Notes: a model not told the origin generated them from the letters alone. Counted from the first letter of the stretch, positions 26,804 through 36,960 are shown. The stretch: DNA of 61,210 nucleotides from Verrucomicrobiota bacterium (GCA_947454005.1 CANGMH010000001.1:1-61210), one strand, 5' to 3'. Made by a program: numbers and translations.

Positions 26804-27658
26804 TCAGGCCGCCATCGCGAGGCGCCGCTCCAAGCGGCCGAGATTGGCCTCGATGGCCTCGATGTAGACGTTCGGTCCGTCGGGCAGCGGGCGGGCCAGA
26901 TAGCGGTACAGCCCGAGGAAATCCTTCTCGATCTTCGGCAGGACGTATCGGCTCCAGAACGCCGGAGTCTTCTCCATCAGGTCGCGCGCCGAGGCGAAGA
27001 CCATGCCGCCCCCGCCCTTGCCCGCGTTGAAGCGCGCCGATTCGAGGAACTCTTCATAGAGGACCGGGAGCTTCTCCACGTAGTCGGGCGCCGCCATCTG
27101 GCCGAGCAGGTCCGCGGTCCCCAGGGCGAAGCCCGCGATCCGCTCCTCCTCGGAGCGGAACGGGATGGCGGTGACGTTCGCGCCCATGCCGGTGCAGCGG
27201 ATCATGTTCTGCACGCCGAGGACCTGGCCCGCCGTGTGGCCGTGGGCCCGCAGAAGCCGTTCCGCGAACTCGCACGACCGGTTCACATGCGTGGCCGTGT
27301 ACTTCGCGCCGGTGCCTTCGGTGTCGTCGCGGCGCTTCAGGTAACCCGTGTCGTGCAGCAGGATCGCGACGACGCCCAGCTCGAAGGTCTCCCGCGACAG
27401 GACCGGCGCGGCCCCGGCCTCGGCGCGGCCGCGGAGGAGCGCCGAAAAAGCGAGCGCCCCCTGCAATGTGTGCTCCAGGTCGTGGTAACGGGCGTCGATC
27501 GCGAGATGATCCGGGTCCTCGCCCCGGAAACATCGCTCGACCCAGCCGAACGCACGCGAGACGAAGGACGCGTCGCCGTCCGGGAACATGCTCCGGTGGT
27601 CCAGGGTGATCCGCCGTTCGACCTGACGGGCGTCGCGGGTGTCCACGGCGAGAAGCAT
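26804..27658 (-). CDS. HD-domain protein (metal-dependent phosphohydrolase superfamily)
   Basis: The real start is ATG 27658 (MLLAVDTRD...), giving 284 aa. The HD motifs are RYHDLEHTLQ and AILLHDTGYL, with the later element GTADLLGQM. Confidence 0.75.
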   Translation of the reverse strand: MLLAVDTRDARQVERRITLDHRSMFPDGDASFVSRAFGWVERCFRGEDPDHLAIDARYHDLEHTLQGALAFSALLRGRAEAGAAPVLSRETFELGVVAILLHDTGYLKRRDDTEGTGAKYTATHVNRSCEFAERLLRAHGHTAGQVLGVQNMIRCTGMGANVTAIPFRSEEERIAGFALGTADLLGQMAAPDYVEKLPVLYEEFLESARFNAGKGGGGMVFASARDLMEKTPAFWSRYVLPKIEKDFLGLYRYLARPLPDGPNVYIEAIEANLGRLERRLAMAA

Positions 27659-27753
27659 GACGGGGACAGGTATCAAATTTTCGCTCGTCTGCACGGCTTT
27701 TCTGACCCGCAGAAGTCGCGCCAGTCTCGGCCCCGGGAAACGCGCGCCCGCCG

Positions 27754-30312
27754 TCATTCCAACCGGCGGAGGAGCTCCGCCGCGACCTTCTGGCCCGGAC
27801 GCGCCTCGATGAGCGCCCGGAGCCGTCGTTTCGCCTCGGCGGGATCGCTCTTGGCCTTCGCCATCGCCCGCGTCAGCAACTGCGCATAACCGGCCGAGAA
27901 ATCCTCGCTGCGGCGCACGCTCGCCATGAAGTGGTCCGCCGCCTCGTCCGCCCGCCCGGCACCGTCCGCGACCAGACCGCGCAGATACGCATCGCGCGCG
28001 GCGCGGAAGTCGGCCAGCCGCGACCGCCATGCCGCCGATCCCGCCGGTGCGCCGACCGCGGGGAACTCGCTCCCTTCCCCGGCCAACCGGTCGACCAGCT
28101 CCATCAACAACCCGGACGGATCCCCGCGCTTGGAAGCCGCGGACCGCGGCGCGGAGAAGAGCACCCCCGGCCGGTCGTCGGTGTTCGCCACCGCGTCGCC
28201 CGCGAAGGCCCGGAGCGCCTCGGGTCCCGCCAGCCACGCGCCGTGGACCTGGAACGCATCCGTCAGGCCCGCGATCTTCGCACGCGTCCTCAGGGGACCC
28301 TCCGGCGCACGCCGGTCGAGGTCGTCGGGACCGAACGCGGGCGCCTCCGGCCAGCCGATGAGCCCGATCACCGGCGTGTCCGCGTTGAACCGCAGCAGCC
28401 AGGCGTGCGCGTGCGGAAAGACATCGAGGAAGGCCCGCACGATCTGGCGCAGGCTCGTCGCATCGAGCTGGTAGAGCGGCAGCCATTGCACCGCCATACC
28501 GCCCGGCGCCAGCCGTGCCCGCATCGCGGCGAACTGCTCCCGCGTGTAGAGGGAGGCCGCGCCGTCGCGGGCCGGATGGAACAGGTCGGCCACCACGACG
28601 TCGTAGCTCGCCGGCGTCGTCCGCACGAACCGCCGCGCATCCGCGGCGACGATCCGCTGGCCGGACGCGGGCGCGTTGTGGGGCGCGAAGCGCGGCTGCA
28701 CCGCGACGACCTCCGGCACGAGCTCGACGCCGTCCGCGACCAGTCCTGGTTCCGCGCCGGCCGCGGCGAAGGAGATACCGGTGCCCAGACCAAGGAAAAG
28801 GAGCCGGCGCGGATGCGGATGCAGCAGCAACGGCAGCAACGTGTGGCGCGCCGCGGCGTTCGTGGACGCCGTGCCGCCCATCGTGAAGCGCCCGTTCGCC
28901 GCGAGCGTGAGGTTTCCGTCGGGATATCCCCAGACCGCCACGGTGTCCGCCGCGCCGTCGCGCCGCTCGACCAACCGGGCGCCCGGCGGAGGCGGCAGCA
29001 GACCGAAGTCCGCCGGAAGCGTCGCCGCGACGACGACCGCGATCGCCACCCCCGTCATCGTCGACGCGTCGAGGCGCCGGACCGCAAGGGCGAGATATCC
29101 GGCGCCCAGCACCAGGAACGTCGCCTTCGCGCCGAGCGCCGGCAGCAGCGCCACCGCGAAGACCGGGGCCGCGAACGCGCCGCCGAGCGTGTTCACCGCC
29201 ACCGCCCGTCCGGTCCCGAGACCGGTCTCCGCCGCGCTCTGCGCCAGCCGCGCGAACGTCGCTCCCATCAGCAGCGTCGGCGCGCCGAGGACCGACGCCG
29301 CCACCAGCGCCTCCGCGACGCAGACCGCTCCCAGCCCGTCGCCCAGCGCCCCTCGGAGCCAGGCGTCCAGCTCGATGGCATGCGTCAGCGCGTGCCCCGC
29401 TGCCAGGACGGCGACGCCGAGCCAGAGCAATAGGCGGGTGGCCGGAAGCTTCGCGTTCCCGGCCAAGGTCGCACCGAGCGCCGTGCCGCCCAGGAACACC
29501 ACCAGCACCGCGGCGAAGGTGAAGACGGTCCCTTCCAGCACCAACGCGAGCTGGCGCGTGGCGACCACCTCGAGCCCGAGCCCGAGAAGGCCGGTGACGG
29601 CCAACGTCGCGACGAGCCGCGGACGCGACATCCCGTCACCGGATCGTCCGACGTCCGTTCCCCGTCGGGGCAAAGGCGCCGCCGGTCCCGACGGCGACCT
29701 GCGCGCCATCGCGGCCAGCAGCGCCGCGCATGCGAGGTTCAGGCCGGCGAAGAGACACGTGGCACCGCGGAACCCCAGCGCCGGTTGCGCCCAGACGACC
29801 GCGGCCGCGACACCGGCGACGGCGCCCGCGGTGTTCGCGGCGTAGAGCCCGCCGACGTGGCCGACCGTTCCGGGCGAGGATCCCCGCGCACGGACCATCG
29901 CCGAAAGCGTCGCACCCATCGCCATCGTCGCCGGCAGCAGCGCGAGCAACGGCACCGCGAAGCACACGGCCCATTGCCGGGCCGCCGACGGCTCGGCGCC
30001 GGTCATGCGGAGAACGGCCTCGTCCACGACCGGCAACAAAGGCACCGTCGCCAACGCCCATCCGCCGATGACCAGCTCCAATCCCGCGGCCCAGCGCAGC
30101 GGATGCCGGCTGCCCGCGATCCATCCCTCCAAGAGCCAGGCCCCGGCGGCGAAGCCCGCGAAGAAGGCGGTCAGCACGGCCAGCGCGGCCAGGAACTCAT
30201 GGCCGAGACCGAGGGCGAACCGGCGCGTCCAGGTCAGTTGCAGACCGAGGCCCGCCGTCCCGGACAGCGCGGACACGAGCAGGCACAGCGCGCTGACCGT
30301 GCGCGGCTTCAT
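27754..30312 (-). CDS. fused polytopic-membrane / spermidine-synthase-like (class I MTase fold) / TPR-like protein
   Basis: 852 aa. About 12 N-terminal TM helices are followed by LLFLGLGTGISFAAAG ... YDVVVADLFHP ... LAPGGMAVQW (aminopropyltransferase-like fold) and a C-terminal helical repeat. The ATG at 30312 overlaps the trpD stop (ATGA). Confidence 0.7.
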   Translation of the reverse strand: MKPRTVSALCLLVSALSGTAGLGLQLTWTRRFALGLGHEFLAALAVLTAFFAGFAAGAWLLEGWIAGSRHPLRWAAGLELVIGGWALATVPLLPVVDEAVLRMTGAEPSAARQWAVCFAVPLLALLPATMAMGATLSAMVRARGSSPGTVGHVGGLYAANTAGAVAGVAAAVVWAQPALGFRGATCLFAGLNLACAALLAAMARRSPSGPAAPLPRRGTDVGRSGDGMSRPRLVATLAVTGLLGLGLEVVATRQLALVLEGTVFTFAAVLVVFLGGTALGATLAGNAKLPATRLLLWLGVAVLAAGHALTHAIELDAWLRGALGDGLGAVCVAEALVAASVLGAPTLLMGATFARLAQSAAETGLGTGRAVAVNTLGGAFAAPVFAVALLPALGAKATFLVLGAGYLALAVRRLDASTMTGVAIAVVVAATLPADFGLLPPPPGARLVERRDGAADTVAVWGYPDGNLTLAANGRFTMGGTASTNAAARHTLLPLLLHPHPRRLLFLGLGTGISFAAAGAEPGLVADGVELVPEVVAVQPRFAPHNAPASGQRIVAADARRFVRTTPASYDVVVADLFHPARDGAASLYTREQFAAMRARLAPGGMAVQWLPLYQLDATSLRQIVRAFLDVFPHAHAWLLRFNADTPVIGLIGWPEAPAFGPDDLDRRAPEGPLRTRAKIAGLTDAFQVHGAWLAGPEALRAFAGDAVANTDDRPGVLFSAPRSAASKRGDPSGLLMELVDRLAGEGSEFPAVGAPAGSAAWRSRLADFRAARDAYLRGLVADGAGRADEAADHFMASVRRSEDFSAGYAQLLTRAMAKAKSDPAEAKRRLRALIEARPGQKVAAELLRRLE

Positions 30313-31364
30313 CCGGCCAGCTCGGCCACCTTCCGGGCTGCGCCACCGGAGGCGACGGTCTCCTCGGCGAGGGACCAGCCCTCGGCGATGCTCCGGGCGC
30401 GTCCGGCGACGAACAGCGCGGCGCCCGCGTTGAGCAGGACCGCGTCGAGCTTCGGCCCCGGTTCCTCGCCGCGCAGCAAGCGGCGGATGATCTCCGCGTT
30501 CTCCGCCGCGTCGCCGCCGGCCAGATCGGCCAAGGTCGCCGGACGCAGCGGCAGGTCCGAGGCGGACCAGACCGAGCAGCTGTGCCCGCGGTCATGGTAG
30601 AACTCCGCGACCGTGTTCGGCCCGAGCGTGGAGAGCTCGTCGAGGAACCGCGGCCCGGGCACCTCTCCGCTGACGACCATCGCGCGCCGGAGCCCGAGCG
30701 CCCGGAGCGTCAGCGCCATCGGCTCGACCAGCTCCGGCCGCGAGGTGCCGACCAGCTGCGCCGTGGGCCGGGCGGGGTTCATCAGCGGTCCGAGGAAATT
30801 GAAGAGCGTCCGTTGCCCGCGTCCGGCGCAAAGCGCGCGGGCCGGCGCGATCGCCTTGAACGCGGGATGGTACCGCGGCGCGAGCAGGAACGCGAAGCCG
30901 TGGTCGCGCATCGCCGCCGCCGCCTGTCCGGGCGACAGCTCGATGGGGATGCCGAGCGCCGCCAGCACGTCGGCGCTGCCGGACCGCGAGGTGATCGCGC
31001 GGTTGCCGTGCTTCGCCACGGTCACGCCCGCGGCGGCGCAGACGAGCGCGACCGTGGTCGAGATGTTGAAGGTGTCCAACCGGTCGCCGCCCGTGCCGCA
31101 CACGTCGAGGATCTCGCGGCCGCGCGTCGCCGCGTCGAACGGCACCGGCGTGGCGCGATCGCGCAGCTCGCGGGCGAAGGCGGCGATCTCGGCGGGCGTC
31201 TCGCCCTTGGTCGCGAGCGCGGCGAGGAAGTCCGCCTTCGGCTCCGCACCGACCGCGTCGTCGGTGAGCGCGACGACGGCGGCGGCGACCTGGGCATCGG
31301 CCAGGGCCTGGCCGGCGCGGACATGGGCGGTGAGTTCAGCGAGCACGGGCGGATTGTGGACCAC
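30309..31364 (-). CDS. trpD: anthranilate phosphoribosyltransferase
   Basis: This is the C-terminal part of the 774-aa ORF. Motifs seen: DVCGTGGDRLDTFNISTTVALVCAAAGVTVAKHGNRAITSRSGSADVL and LFNFLGPLMNPA. The start is GTG 31364 or GTG 31346; no ATG is available. The rest of the ORF is antisense to rsgA. Confidence 0.9.
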   Translation of the reverse strand: MVHNPPVLAELTAHVRAGQALADAQVAAAVVALTDDAVGAEPKADFLAALATKGETPAEIAAFARELRDRATPVPFDAATRGREILDVCGTGGDRLDTFNISTTVALVCAAAGVTVAKHGNRAITSRSGSADVLAALGIPIELSPGQAAAAMRDHGFAFLLAPRYHPAFKAIAPARALCAGRGQRTLFNFLGPLMNPARPTAQLVGTSRPELVEPMALTLRALGLRRAMVVSGEVPGPRFLDELSTLGPNTVAEFYHDRGHSCSVWSASDLPLRPATLADLAGGDAAENAEIIRRLLRGEEPGPKLDAVLLNAGAALFVAGRARSIAEGWSLAEETVASGGAARKVAELAG

Positions 31365-31487
31365 AGCCGGGCGCGGATGACCACACCGGTGATCGGCAGG
31401 AGCTTGGACGCGCGGATCCCGCGTCCGTCTCCGGCATCGACTCCGGCGCGTGGAACTGGATGAATCCACCGCCTGTTTGCCGGACGG

Positions 31488-32558
31488 ATGATGACCATCG
31501 ACCTCGCCACGCTCGGTTGGAGCCCTTTCTTCGCGGACGCCTTCGCGGCCGTCCGCGTGCCGGGCGTCGTCCCCGCGCGCGTCGCCACCGAGGACAAGCA
31601 CTTCTACACCGTCGTCGGCGCCGAAGGGGACGTCATCGCGGTGATCTCCGGGAAGCTCCATCACCGCCGCCGTTCCGACAGCGCGTTGCCGAAGGTCGGC
31701 GACTGGGTGGCCATCGAACGCCAACCGGGCGAGAAGAAGGCCATCATCCACGCGGTCCTGCCCCGCCGCACCACGCTCACGCGCAAGGTGACCGGCCGCG
31801 AGATCGTCGAGCAGGTGCTCGCCACCAACCTCGACACCGCGTTCATCGTCCAGGCCCTGGACCCCACCTTCAACCTGCGGCGCCTGGAGCGGTTCCTCGT
31901 GATGGTCCACGAAGGCGGCGCGCGGCCCGTCGTCATCCTGAACAAGGCGGACCTCTGCGACGACCTCGCGGCGCGGGTCTCGGAGACGCGGGCCGCGGCG
32001 GGCGACGCCGCGGTCATCACCGTCAGCGCGCGGACGCGGAAAGGCATCGGCCAATTGCGCGAGTTCATCCGGGCGGGCGAGACCGTCGCCTTCATCGGCA
32101 CCTCGGGCGTGGGCAAATCGAGCCTCATCAACCGGCTCAACGGCGAGGCGACGCAGCCGACCATCGAGGTCCGGGCGAGCGATTCGAAGGGCCGCCACTC
32201 CACGACGTGGCGCGAGCTGATCCCGTTGCCGGGCGGCGGTCTGGTGATCGACACGCCGGGGATGCGCGAGTTCCACATGTGGGTCGCCGGCGAAGGGCTG
32301 GACGTGGCCTTCCCCGACCTCGTGGCCATCGCGGCCGGATGCCGCTTCCGCGACTGCAAGCACGAGAACGAGCCGGGTTGCGCGGTGAAGGCGGCGGTGG
32401 CCGCGGGCACGGTGACGACCGAGCGGCACGGCAGCTTCCTCAAGCTCCAGCGCGAGCTCGCGTTCATCGCCGAGGAACGCAAGCAGCACACCTACATGCT
32501 GAACAAGCGCCGGGTGCAGACCGGCACGAAGGCGTGGTTGCAGAAGGACATCCCTTGA
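31488..32558 (+). CDS. rsgA: ribosome small-subunit-dependent GTPase A
   Basis: 356 aa. It has an OB-fold N-terminus, the circularly permuted GTPase elements (ILNKADL ... GTSGVGKSSLINRL ... DTPGMREF) and a zinc-finger end, CRFRDCKHENEPGCAV. Confidence 0.9.
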   Translation: MMTIDLATLGWSPFFADAFAAVRVPGVVPARVATEDKHFYTVVGAEGDVIAVISGKLHHRRRSDSALPKVGDWVAIERQPGEKKAIIHAVLPRRTTLTRKVTGREIVEQVLATNLDTAFIVQALDPTFNLRRLERFLVMVHEGGARPVVILNKADLCDDLAARVSETRAAAGDAAVITVSARTRKGIGQLREFIRAGETVAFIGTSGVGKSSLINRLNGEATQPTIEVRASDSKGRHSTTWRELIPLPGGGLVIDTPGMREFHMWVAGEGLDVAFPDLVAIAAGCRFRDCKHENEPGCAVKAAVAAGTVTTERHGSFLKLQRELAFIAEERKQHTYMLNKRRVQTGTKAWLQKDIP

Positions 32559-32620
32559 ACGGGGGCGCCGTCGGACGAGATCGAGTAAGTCAACTTTGAC
32601 ACCCTGCGGCTCCGCCTGAG

Positions 32621-33364
32621 ATGAACGCGTCAATGAACTCCCCGGGCACGTTTCCTTGGACCGAGGCTCAAGTCGCGAAGCGGCTTCATGCTGCGGTGGT
32701 TTCCTACTGGGCCGGGCGTCTGGGGCAATCAGATTCCCAGCGCAAACGCAGGTCCGTGGACAAGGGAACCCGAGGCGAGGTCACCGGAGGCAAGCACCTC
32801 GACGGCGTCTTGGCTCTCATCGTCGAGGTGGCACAAGCCGCGGGATACTCCGAGGACGAGATCAGGACGCGAGCCGGAATCGATCTCCCTGGTTTTTTCC
32901 GCTCCCAGAAACGCTGGGACTTGGTGGTGATCCGGAACGGCCGTCTTTGCGCGGCAGTCGAACTCAAGTCACAGGTGGGAAGCTTCGGCAACAACTTCAA
33001 CAACCGCAGCGAAGAGGCCATCGGCAATTCGACCGACTTCTGGGTCGCGTTCCGGGAAGGACGACTCGGAAAGGCTACCCCGTGGCTCGGATATTTCTTC
33101 TTTTTGGAGCAAACCGAGAGATCCACCCGTCCGGTGGCGTTGAAGAAAAGCGTGTTCCCGCCGTTCCCGGTCTTCGAGGGCACGTCCTATGCGCAAAGGT
33201 ATGCCATCCTCTGCGAACGCTTGGTCCTGGAGCAAAAGTACACCCGGACCGCGTTGGTGATGTCACCGCGCGGAGCCGGCCCCGTCGACCCCGGAGCCGA
33301 CCACGATCTCGGCTTCTACGGCTTCCTGAGATCCTTCCATGGACACCTCATCGGTTGCCGCTGA
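32621..33364 (+). CDS. type II restriction endonuclease, PD-(D/E)XK fold (XhoI/PaeR7I-like family from memory)
   Basis: 247 aa. The catalytic-type motif is WDLVVIRNGRLCAAVELKSQ (D ... E-x-K), followed by VGSFGNNFNNRSEEAIGNSTDFW, which I recall as characteristic of the XhoI-type endonuclease family. It sits 9 nt upstream of an N6-adenine methyltransferase. Spot counts give ~52-55% GC against ~70% for the neighbours. Confidence 0.7.
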   Translation: MNASMNSPGTFPWTEAQVAKRLHAAVVSYWAGRLGQSDSQRKRRSVDKGTRGEVTGGKHLDGVLALIVEVAQAAGYSEDEIRTRAGIDLPGFFRSQKRWDLVVIRNGRLCAAVELKSQVGSFGNNFNNRSEEAIGNSTDFWVAFREGRLGKATPWLGYFFFLEQTERSTRPVALKKSVFPPFPVFEGTSYAQRYAILCERLVLEQKYTRTALVMSPRGAGPVDPGADHDLGFYGFLRSFHGHLIGCR

Positions 33365-33373
33365 GGACATCTT

Positions 33374-35035
33374 GTGATGGAACTGCAACTCTTCGAGACC
33401 ACGTGGCTGGACGTCTGGGAAGGCCGGGAACCCCACCAGCCGGTCGGAGCGGTCTTCACCAAGCCTGAAGTAGCGGCGCTCATCCTCGACTTGGCAGGAT
33501 ATTCGGAGCGGAACGGCCGGCTCGCGGACCGCCGTCTGCTGGAACCGAGCTGCGGAGACGGAGCGTTCCTCGCGGAGATCGTCCGCCGATTGGTCGGCTC
33601 GGAACGGGCGCAGCGGGGTTCAGTGGACTGGGACGACGAGAGGTTGGTCGACGCCTTGACCGCATGCGACCTCAACCGCGGCTTCGTCGATCTCGCCCGC
33701 GAGCAGACCTCGGGCCTCCTCATCGCCGAGGGATGCCCGCCAGCGAGAGCGCTGTGGTTGGCCGACCACTGGGTGCGCCATGCCGATTTCCTTCTCACCA
33801 CATGGCCCGACACCTTCGATTTCGTGGTAGGGAACCCACCGTATGTTCGCATCGAAGAGCTGCCGCCGAAGGTGCTTCGTCGCTATCGGGAGCTTTATCC
33901 TACATGCACCGATCGCGCCGACCTTTATGTCGCGTTCATCGAGAACGGGCTCCGGCTGCTTGCGCCGCACGGTTGCCTGGCATTCATCTGCGCGAACCGC
34001 TTCGCGAAGAATCTCTACGGACGGGGCCTCAGGAGGTTGATCGCGGAACAGTTCCACGTCCGGTACTACCTCAACCTGGAGCACACCCAGCCTTTCGCCA
34101 CGGATGTGTCGGCGTATCCATGCATCACCGTGATCGACCGAGACCGCGAAAAGCCGACGCGCGCGGCCACGTTGACCCGATTGGACGCGCCCACCTTGGC
34201 CGCCATCGGCGGCGGCGACACGACAGAGGAGCCATCCCGGGTAGCGATCTTCGGGTCGTGGTACCCGGACGGCGCGCCATGGGTGACGACCGAACGGTCA
34301 CGATTCGACCTGTTGGCCGCTCTCGCAGAACGCCACCCTCTTCTCGAAGATTCAGCGCCTTCGACCAAAGTTGGGATCGGTGTGGCGACCGGAGCGGACG
34401 ACATCTTCGTCCGGGATGGCCTAGACGACTCCATAGAACTTGAGTGCCAGCTCCCGTTGCTCATGGCAGCAGACGTCGACCCGGCGGGGTTGGCTTGGTC
34501 CGGGCACTACCTAGTCAATCCTTACGACTCCGCCGACGACGGGAGCCTCCGCGATTTGGCGGCCTTCCCAGGTCTGGCAGCATATTTTGAGCGCCATAAG
34601 GGGATCCTGACTAAACGCTACGTCGCCAAGAAGAGGACCGAAGGATGGTTCCGCACCATCGACCGGGTGACGATGTCGCTCACGCCGAAGGCGAAACTGG
34701 TCATCCCGGACATCCAAGCCGGCGGGGTGGTCGGGTTGGACATCGGTCGATACTATCCCCACCACAACGTCTATTGGATCACTTCGGAGGGCTGGGACCT
34801 AAGAGTCTTGCAAGCCCTGCTCCGGAGCCGCGCGGTGTTCGACCAGATCCGCGCATTCTCGGTCCAGATGCGCGGTGGAGCCGTCCGTTACCAAGCCTTG
34901 GTCCTGCGGAAGCTCCGTCTTCCCGCGGCGTCGACGATCCCGGTCGACCTGAAGCGCGAACTGGCCAAGGTGTCGGTCTCCGCCGACCCGCGAGATATCG
35001 ACCGCTTGGCCGACGAGGCGTTCGGGATTTTGTAG
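33374..35035 (+). CDS. N6-adenine DNA methyltransferase, gamma-class (TaqI/Eco57I-like), cognate methylase of the R-M pair
   Basis: 553 aa. The order GAVFTKPEVAALILDL, then SAM motif I LLEPSCGDGAFL, then motif IV FDFVVGNPPYV is gamma-class. A long C-terminal target-recognition region follows. The start is GTG 33374 or ATG 33377. Confidence 0.85.
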   Translation: MMELQLFETTWLDVWEGREPHQPVGAVFTKPEVAALILDLAGYSERNGRLADRRLLEPSCGDGAFLAEIVRRLVGSERAQRGSVDWDDERLVDALTACDLNRGFVDLAREQTSGLLIAEGCPPARALWLADHWVRHADFLLTTWPDTFDFVVGNPPYVRIEELPPKVLRRYRELYPTCTDRADLYVAFIENGLRLLAPHGCLAFICANRFAKNLYGRGLRRLIAEQFHVRYYLNLEHTQPFATDVSAYPCITVIDRDREKPTRAATLTRLDAPTLAAIGGGDTTEEPSRVAIFGSWYPDGAPWVTTERSRFDLLAALAERHPLLEDSAPSTKVGIGVATGADDIFVRDGLDDSIELECQLPLLMAADVDPAGLAWSGHYLVNPYDSADDGSLRDLAAFPGLAAYFERHKGILTKRYVAKKRTEGWFRTIDRVTMSLTPKAKLVIPDIQAGGVVGLDIGRYYPHHNVYWITSEGWDLRVLQALLRSRAVFDQIRAFSVQMRGGAVRYQALVLRKLRLPAASTIPVDLKRELAKVSVSADPRDIDRLADEAFGIL

Positions 35036-35060
35036 CGGCGGGGGCCCGCCCGGCCCGCGA

Positions 35061-35882
35061 CTATTTCAGCACCGTCGTCCGCTCTTGGATCCACTTGAGG
35101 TCGCGGCTCTTCGGCGCAGGCAGGTTGTGGTCGATGCGCTGGCCCAGCGTGGCGTTGCGGAAGGTCTTCGCGTCGGACCAGCGGTGCGCCTCCGCGTGGC
35201 CGTCGGCGAACGAGACCACGCCGCCGCGGTTGTGGTGCGTGGCCGGCAGATGGAAGAACTGGTCGCCCGCGTTGCCGGGCATCAGGACCACGAAGGCCGG
35301 CGTGCACAGGCTCTGCGGCGTGAGGTCCTGGGTGAGGAAGGTCTCCGTCGGCGAGGCGATGTCCGAGGACCTGCGGAACGGCCGGTAGCGCGACGAGAGG
35401 CGTTCGGTCATCTCGCTGTTCGGCCCGAGGTACAGGTTCATAGAGTAGCTCCGGACCTGCGGGACCGGTCGCCCTTTGCTGACGATGTAGGTCGTGCGGT
35501 CCGACGGGCACTTGTAGGTCTCCTGGGACCTGAGATAGGGGGCGAACGCCGCGTGGCGCGCGTCGACGAGGTAGGAGACGTTGGTGAAGGCGTTGACGAA
35601 GTTGTGGTAGCCGCCGAGCACCCACAGCTTCTGGCCGTTGCCGCCCGCCGAAGGGAGCTCGCCGTTGGCCACCAGGCCGTCCCGCGAATCGGTGGCGTAG
35701 AGCAACCAGGTGAGCCCGATCTGCTTCTGGTTGTCCAGGCACTTGATCCGCTGGGCCTGGCCTTTCGCCCCGGACAGCGCCGGCAACAGCAATCCCGCCA
35801 GGATGGCGATGATGGCGATGACGACCAGCAGCTCGATCAGCGTGAAGCCGTCGCGGCGGAGCCGTCGGGCAAGGGGGAGCAT
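35061..35882 (-). CDS. prepilin-type N-terminal cleavage/methylation domain protein with H-X9-DG motif
   Basis: The N-terminus is [28 protein letters not shown]. Near the C-terminus, [13 protein letters not shown] fits the H-X9-DG motif. 273 aa. Confidence 0.85.
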   Translation of the reverse strand: MLPLARRLRRDGFTLIELLVVIAIIAILAGLLLPALSGAKGQAQRIKCLDNQKQIGLTWLLYATDSRDGLVANGELPSAGGNGQKLWVLGGYHNFVNAFTNVSYLVDARHAAFAPYLRSQETYKCPSDRTTYIVSKGRPVPQVRSYSMNLYLGPNSEMTERLSSRYRPFRRSSDIASPTETFLTQDLTPQSLCTPAFVVLMPGNAGDQFFHLPATHHNRGGVVSFADGHAEAHRWSDAKTFRNATLGQRIDHNLPAPKSRDLKWIQERTTVLK

Positions 35883-35946
35883 CGGCGCAACCTCCCCAAG
35901 CCCCCGGACATTTGCACCAACAAATCTCGGCGTGCCGCGCCGCGGT

Positions 35947-36960
35947 TCAGGGCCGCGGTCCCGGCACCGTCGCGGCCGGGACGTCGCGCTGGAAGACCTG
36001 CCGGATGATGTCCTCGATCGGCACCTCCTCGACGCTGAAATCCTTCACCGGCAGCTCGTCGAGCAGGGCCTTCACCACCGGGATCACGCGGTCGCGCTTC
36101 ACCTTCAGCTTGAGGCCGTCCTCTCCGCGCTCGACCACCTCGCCGAAGCGGGCGGGGTCGCAGGTGTCGCGCTTGTCGGCGTGGTCGAAGCGGATGGTGA
36201 CCAGCTTGTGGTCGGCGAAGCGGTCGAGCACCTCTTCGAGCCGGCCGTCGAAGAAGATCGTGCCCTTGTCGATGATGACCACCCGCTCGCACAGCTCCTG
36301 GATGTCCGCCATGTAGTGGCTCGTGAGCAGGATGGTGGTCTTGCGGTCGCGGTTGTGCTTGCGGAGGAACTCGCGGACCACCTTCGACGACACGACGTCG
36401 AGGCCGATGGTGGGTTCGTCGAGGAAGAGGACCTTGGGCTGGTGGAGCAGCGAGGCGATGAGCTCGCACTTCATCCGCTCGCCCAGCGACAGCTCGCGCA
36501 CCGCGGTGGCGAGCTTGTCCTTCACCGAGAGCAGCTCCGCGAGCTCGGCGATGGTGCGCTCGGATTCCGCCTTCCCGAGGCCGTAGATGCGGGCGTTCAG
36601 CTCGAGGGATTCGCGCGCGGGAAGGTCCCACCAGAGCTGGTTCTTCTGGCCGAGCAGCAGCGCGAACTGCCGGCGGTAGCCGTCCTGCCGCTCCCATGGC
36701 GTGTGGCCGAGCACGCTCGCGGTGCCGGAGGTCGGATGCAGCAGCCCGCTGAGCATCTTCAGCGTGGTGGTCTTGCCCGCGCCGTTGGGCCCGAGGAAGC
36801 CCACGAACTCGCCCTCCTCGACGCGGAACGACACGTCCTTCACCGCGAAGACGGTCGTGTGCTCGCGCGCGAAGAGCCCTTTGAAGGCGCCCTTCAGGCC
36901 CGGCTCCTTCTTCGCCGTGCGGAACGATTTGGTGAGGCCCTGCACCTCGATCAGCGACAT
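35947..36960 (-). CDS. ABC transporter ATP-binding protein (ABC-2/COG4586-like ATPase), no permease gene adjacent
   Basis: The real start is ATG 36960 (MSLIEVQGL...). It has Walker [11 protein letters not shown], signature LSLGERMK, Walker [12 protein letters not shown], the H-loop TSHYM and a ~100-aa C-terminal accessory domain. Confidence 0.85.
   Translation of the reverse strand: MSLIEVQGLTKSFRTAKKEPGLKGAFKGLFAREHTTVFAVKDVSFRVEEGEFVGFLGPNGAGKTTTLKMLSGLLHPTSGTASVLGHTPWERQDGYRRQFALLLGQKNQLWWDLPARESLELNARIYGLGKAESERTIAELAELLSVKDKLATAVRELSLGERMKCELIASLLHQPKVLFLDEPTIGLDVVSSKVVREFLRKHNRDRKTTILLTSHYMADIQELCERVVIIDKGTIFFDGRLEEVLDRFADHKLVTIRFDHADKRDTCDPARFGEVVERGEDGLKLKVKRDRVIPVVKALLDELPVKDFSVEEVPIEDIIRQVFQRDVPAATVPGPRP

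Noticed and set aside
31365-32633. The N-terminal 420 codons of the 774-aa ORF containing trpD.
   Set aside because: This part is antisense to rsgA, which has unambiguous GTPase and zinc-finger motifs. The TrpD homology begins only at about GTG 31364.
32621-35035. Depletion of CTCGAG sites as evidence for the specificity of the R-M system.
   Set aside because: CTCGAG is easy to find throughout the window (for example near 351, 18714 and 38628), so no avoidance is visible by eye. I cannot compute expected frequencies, so specificity stays unassigned.
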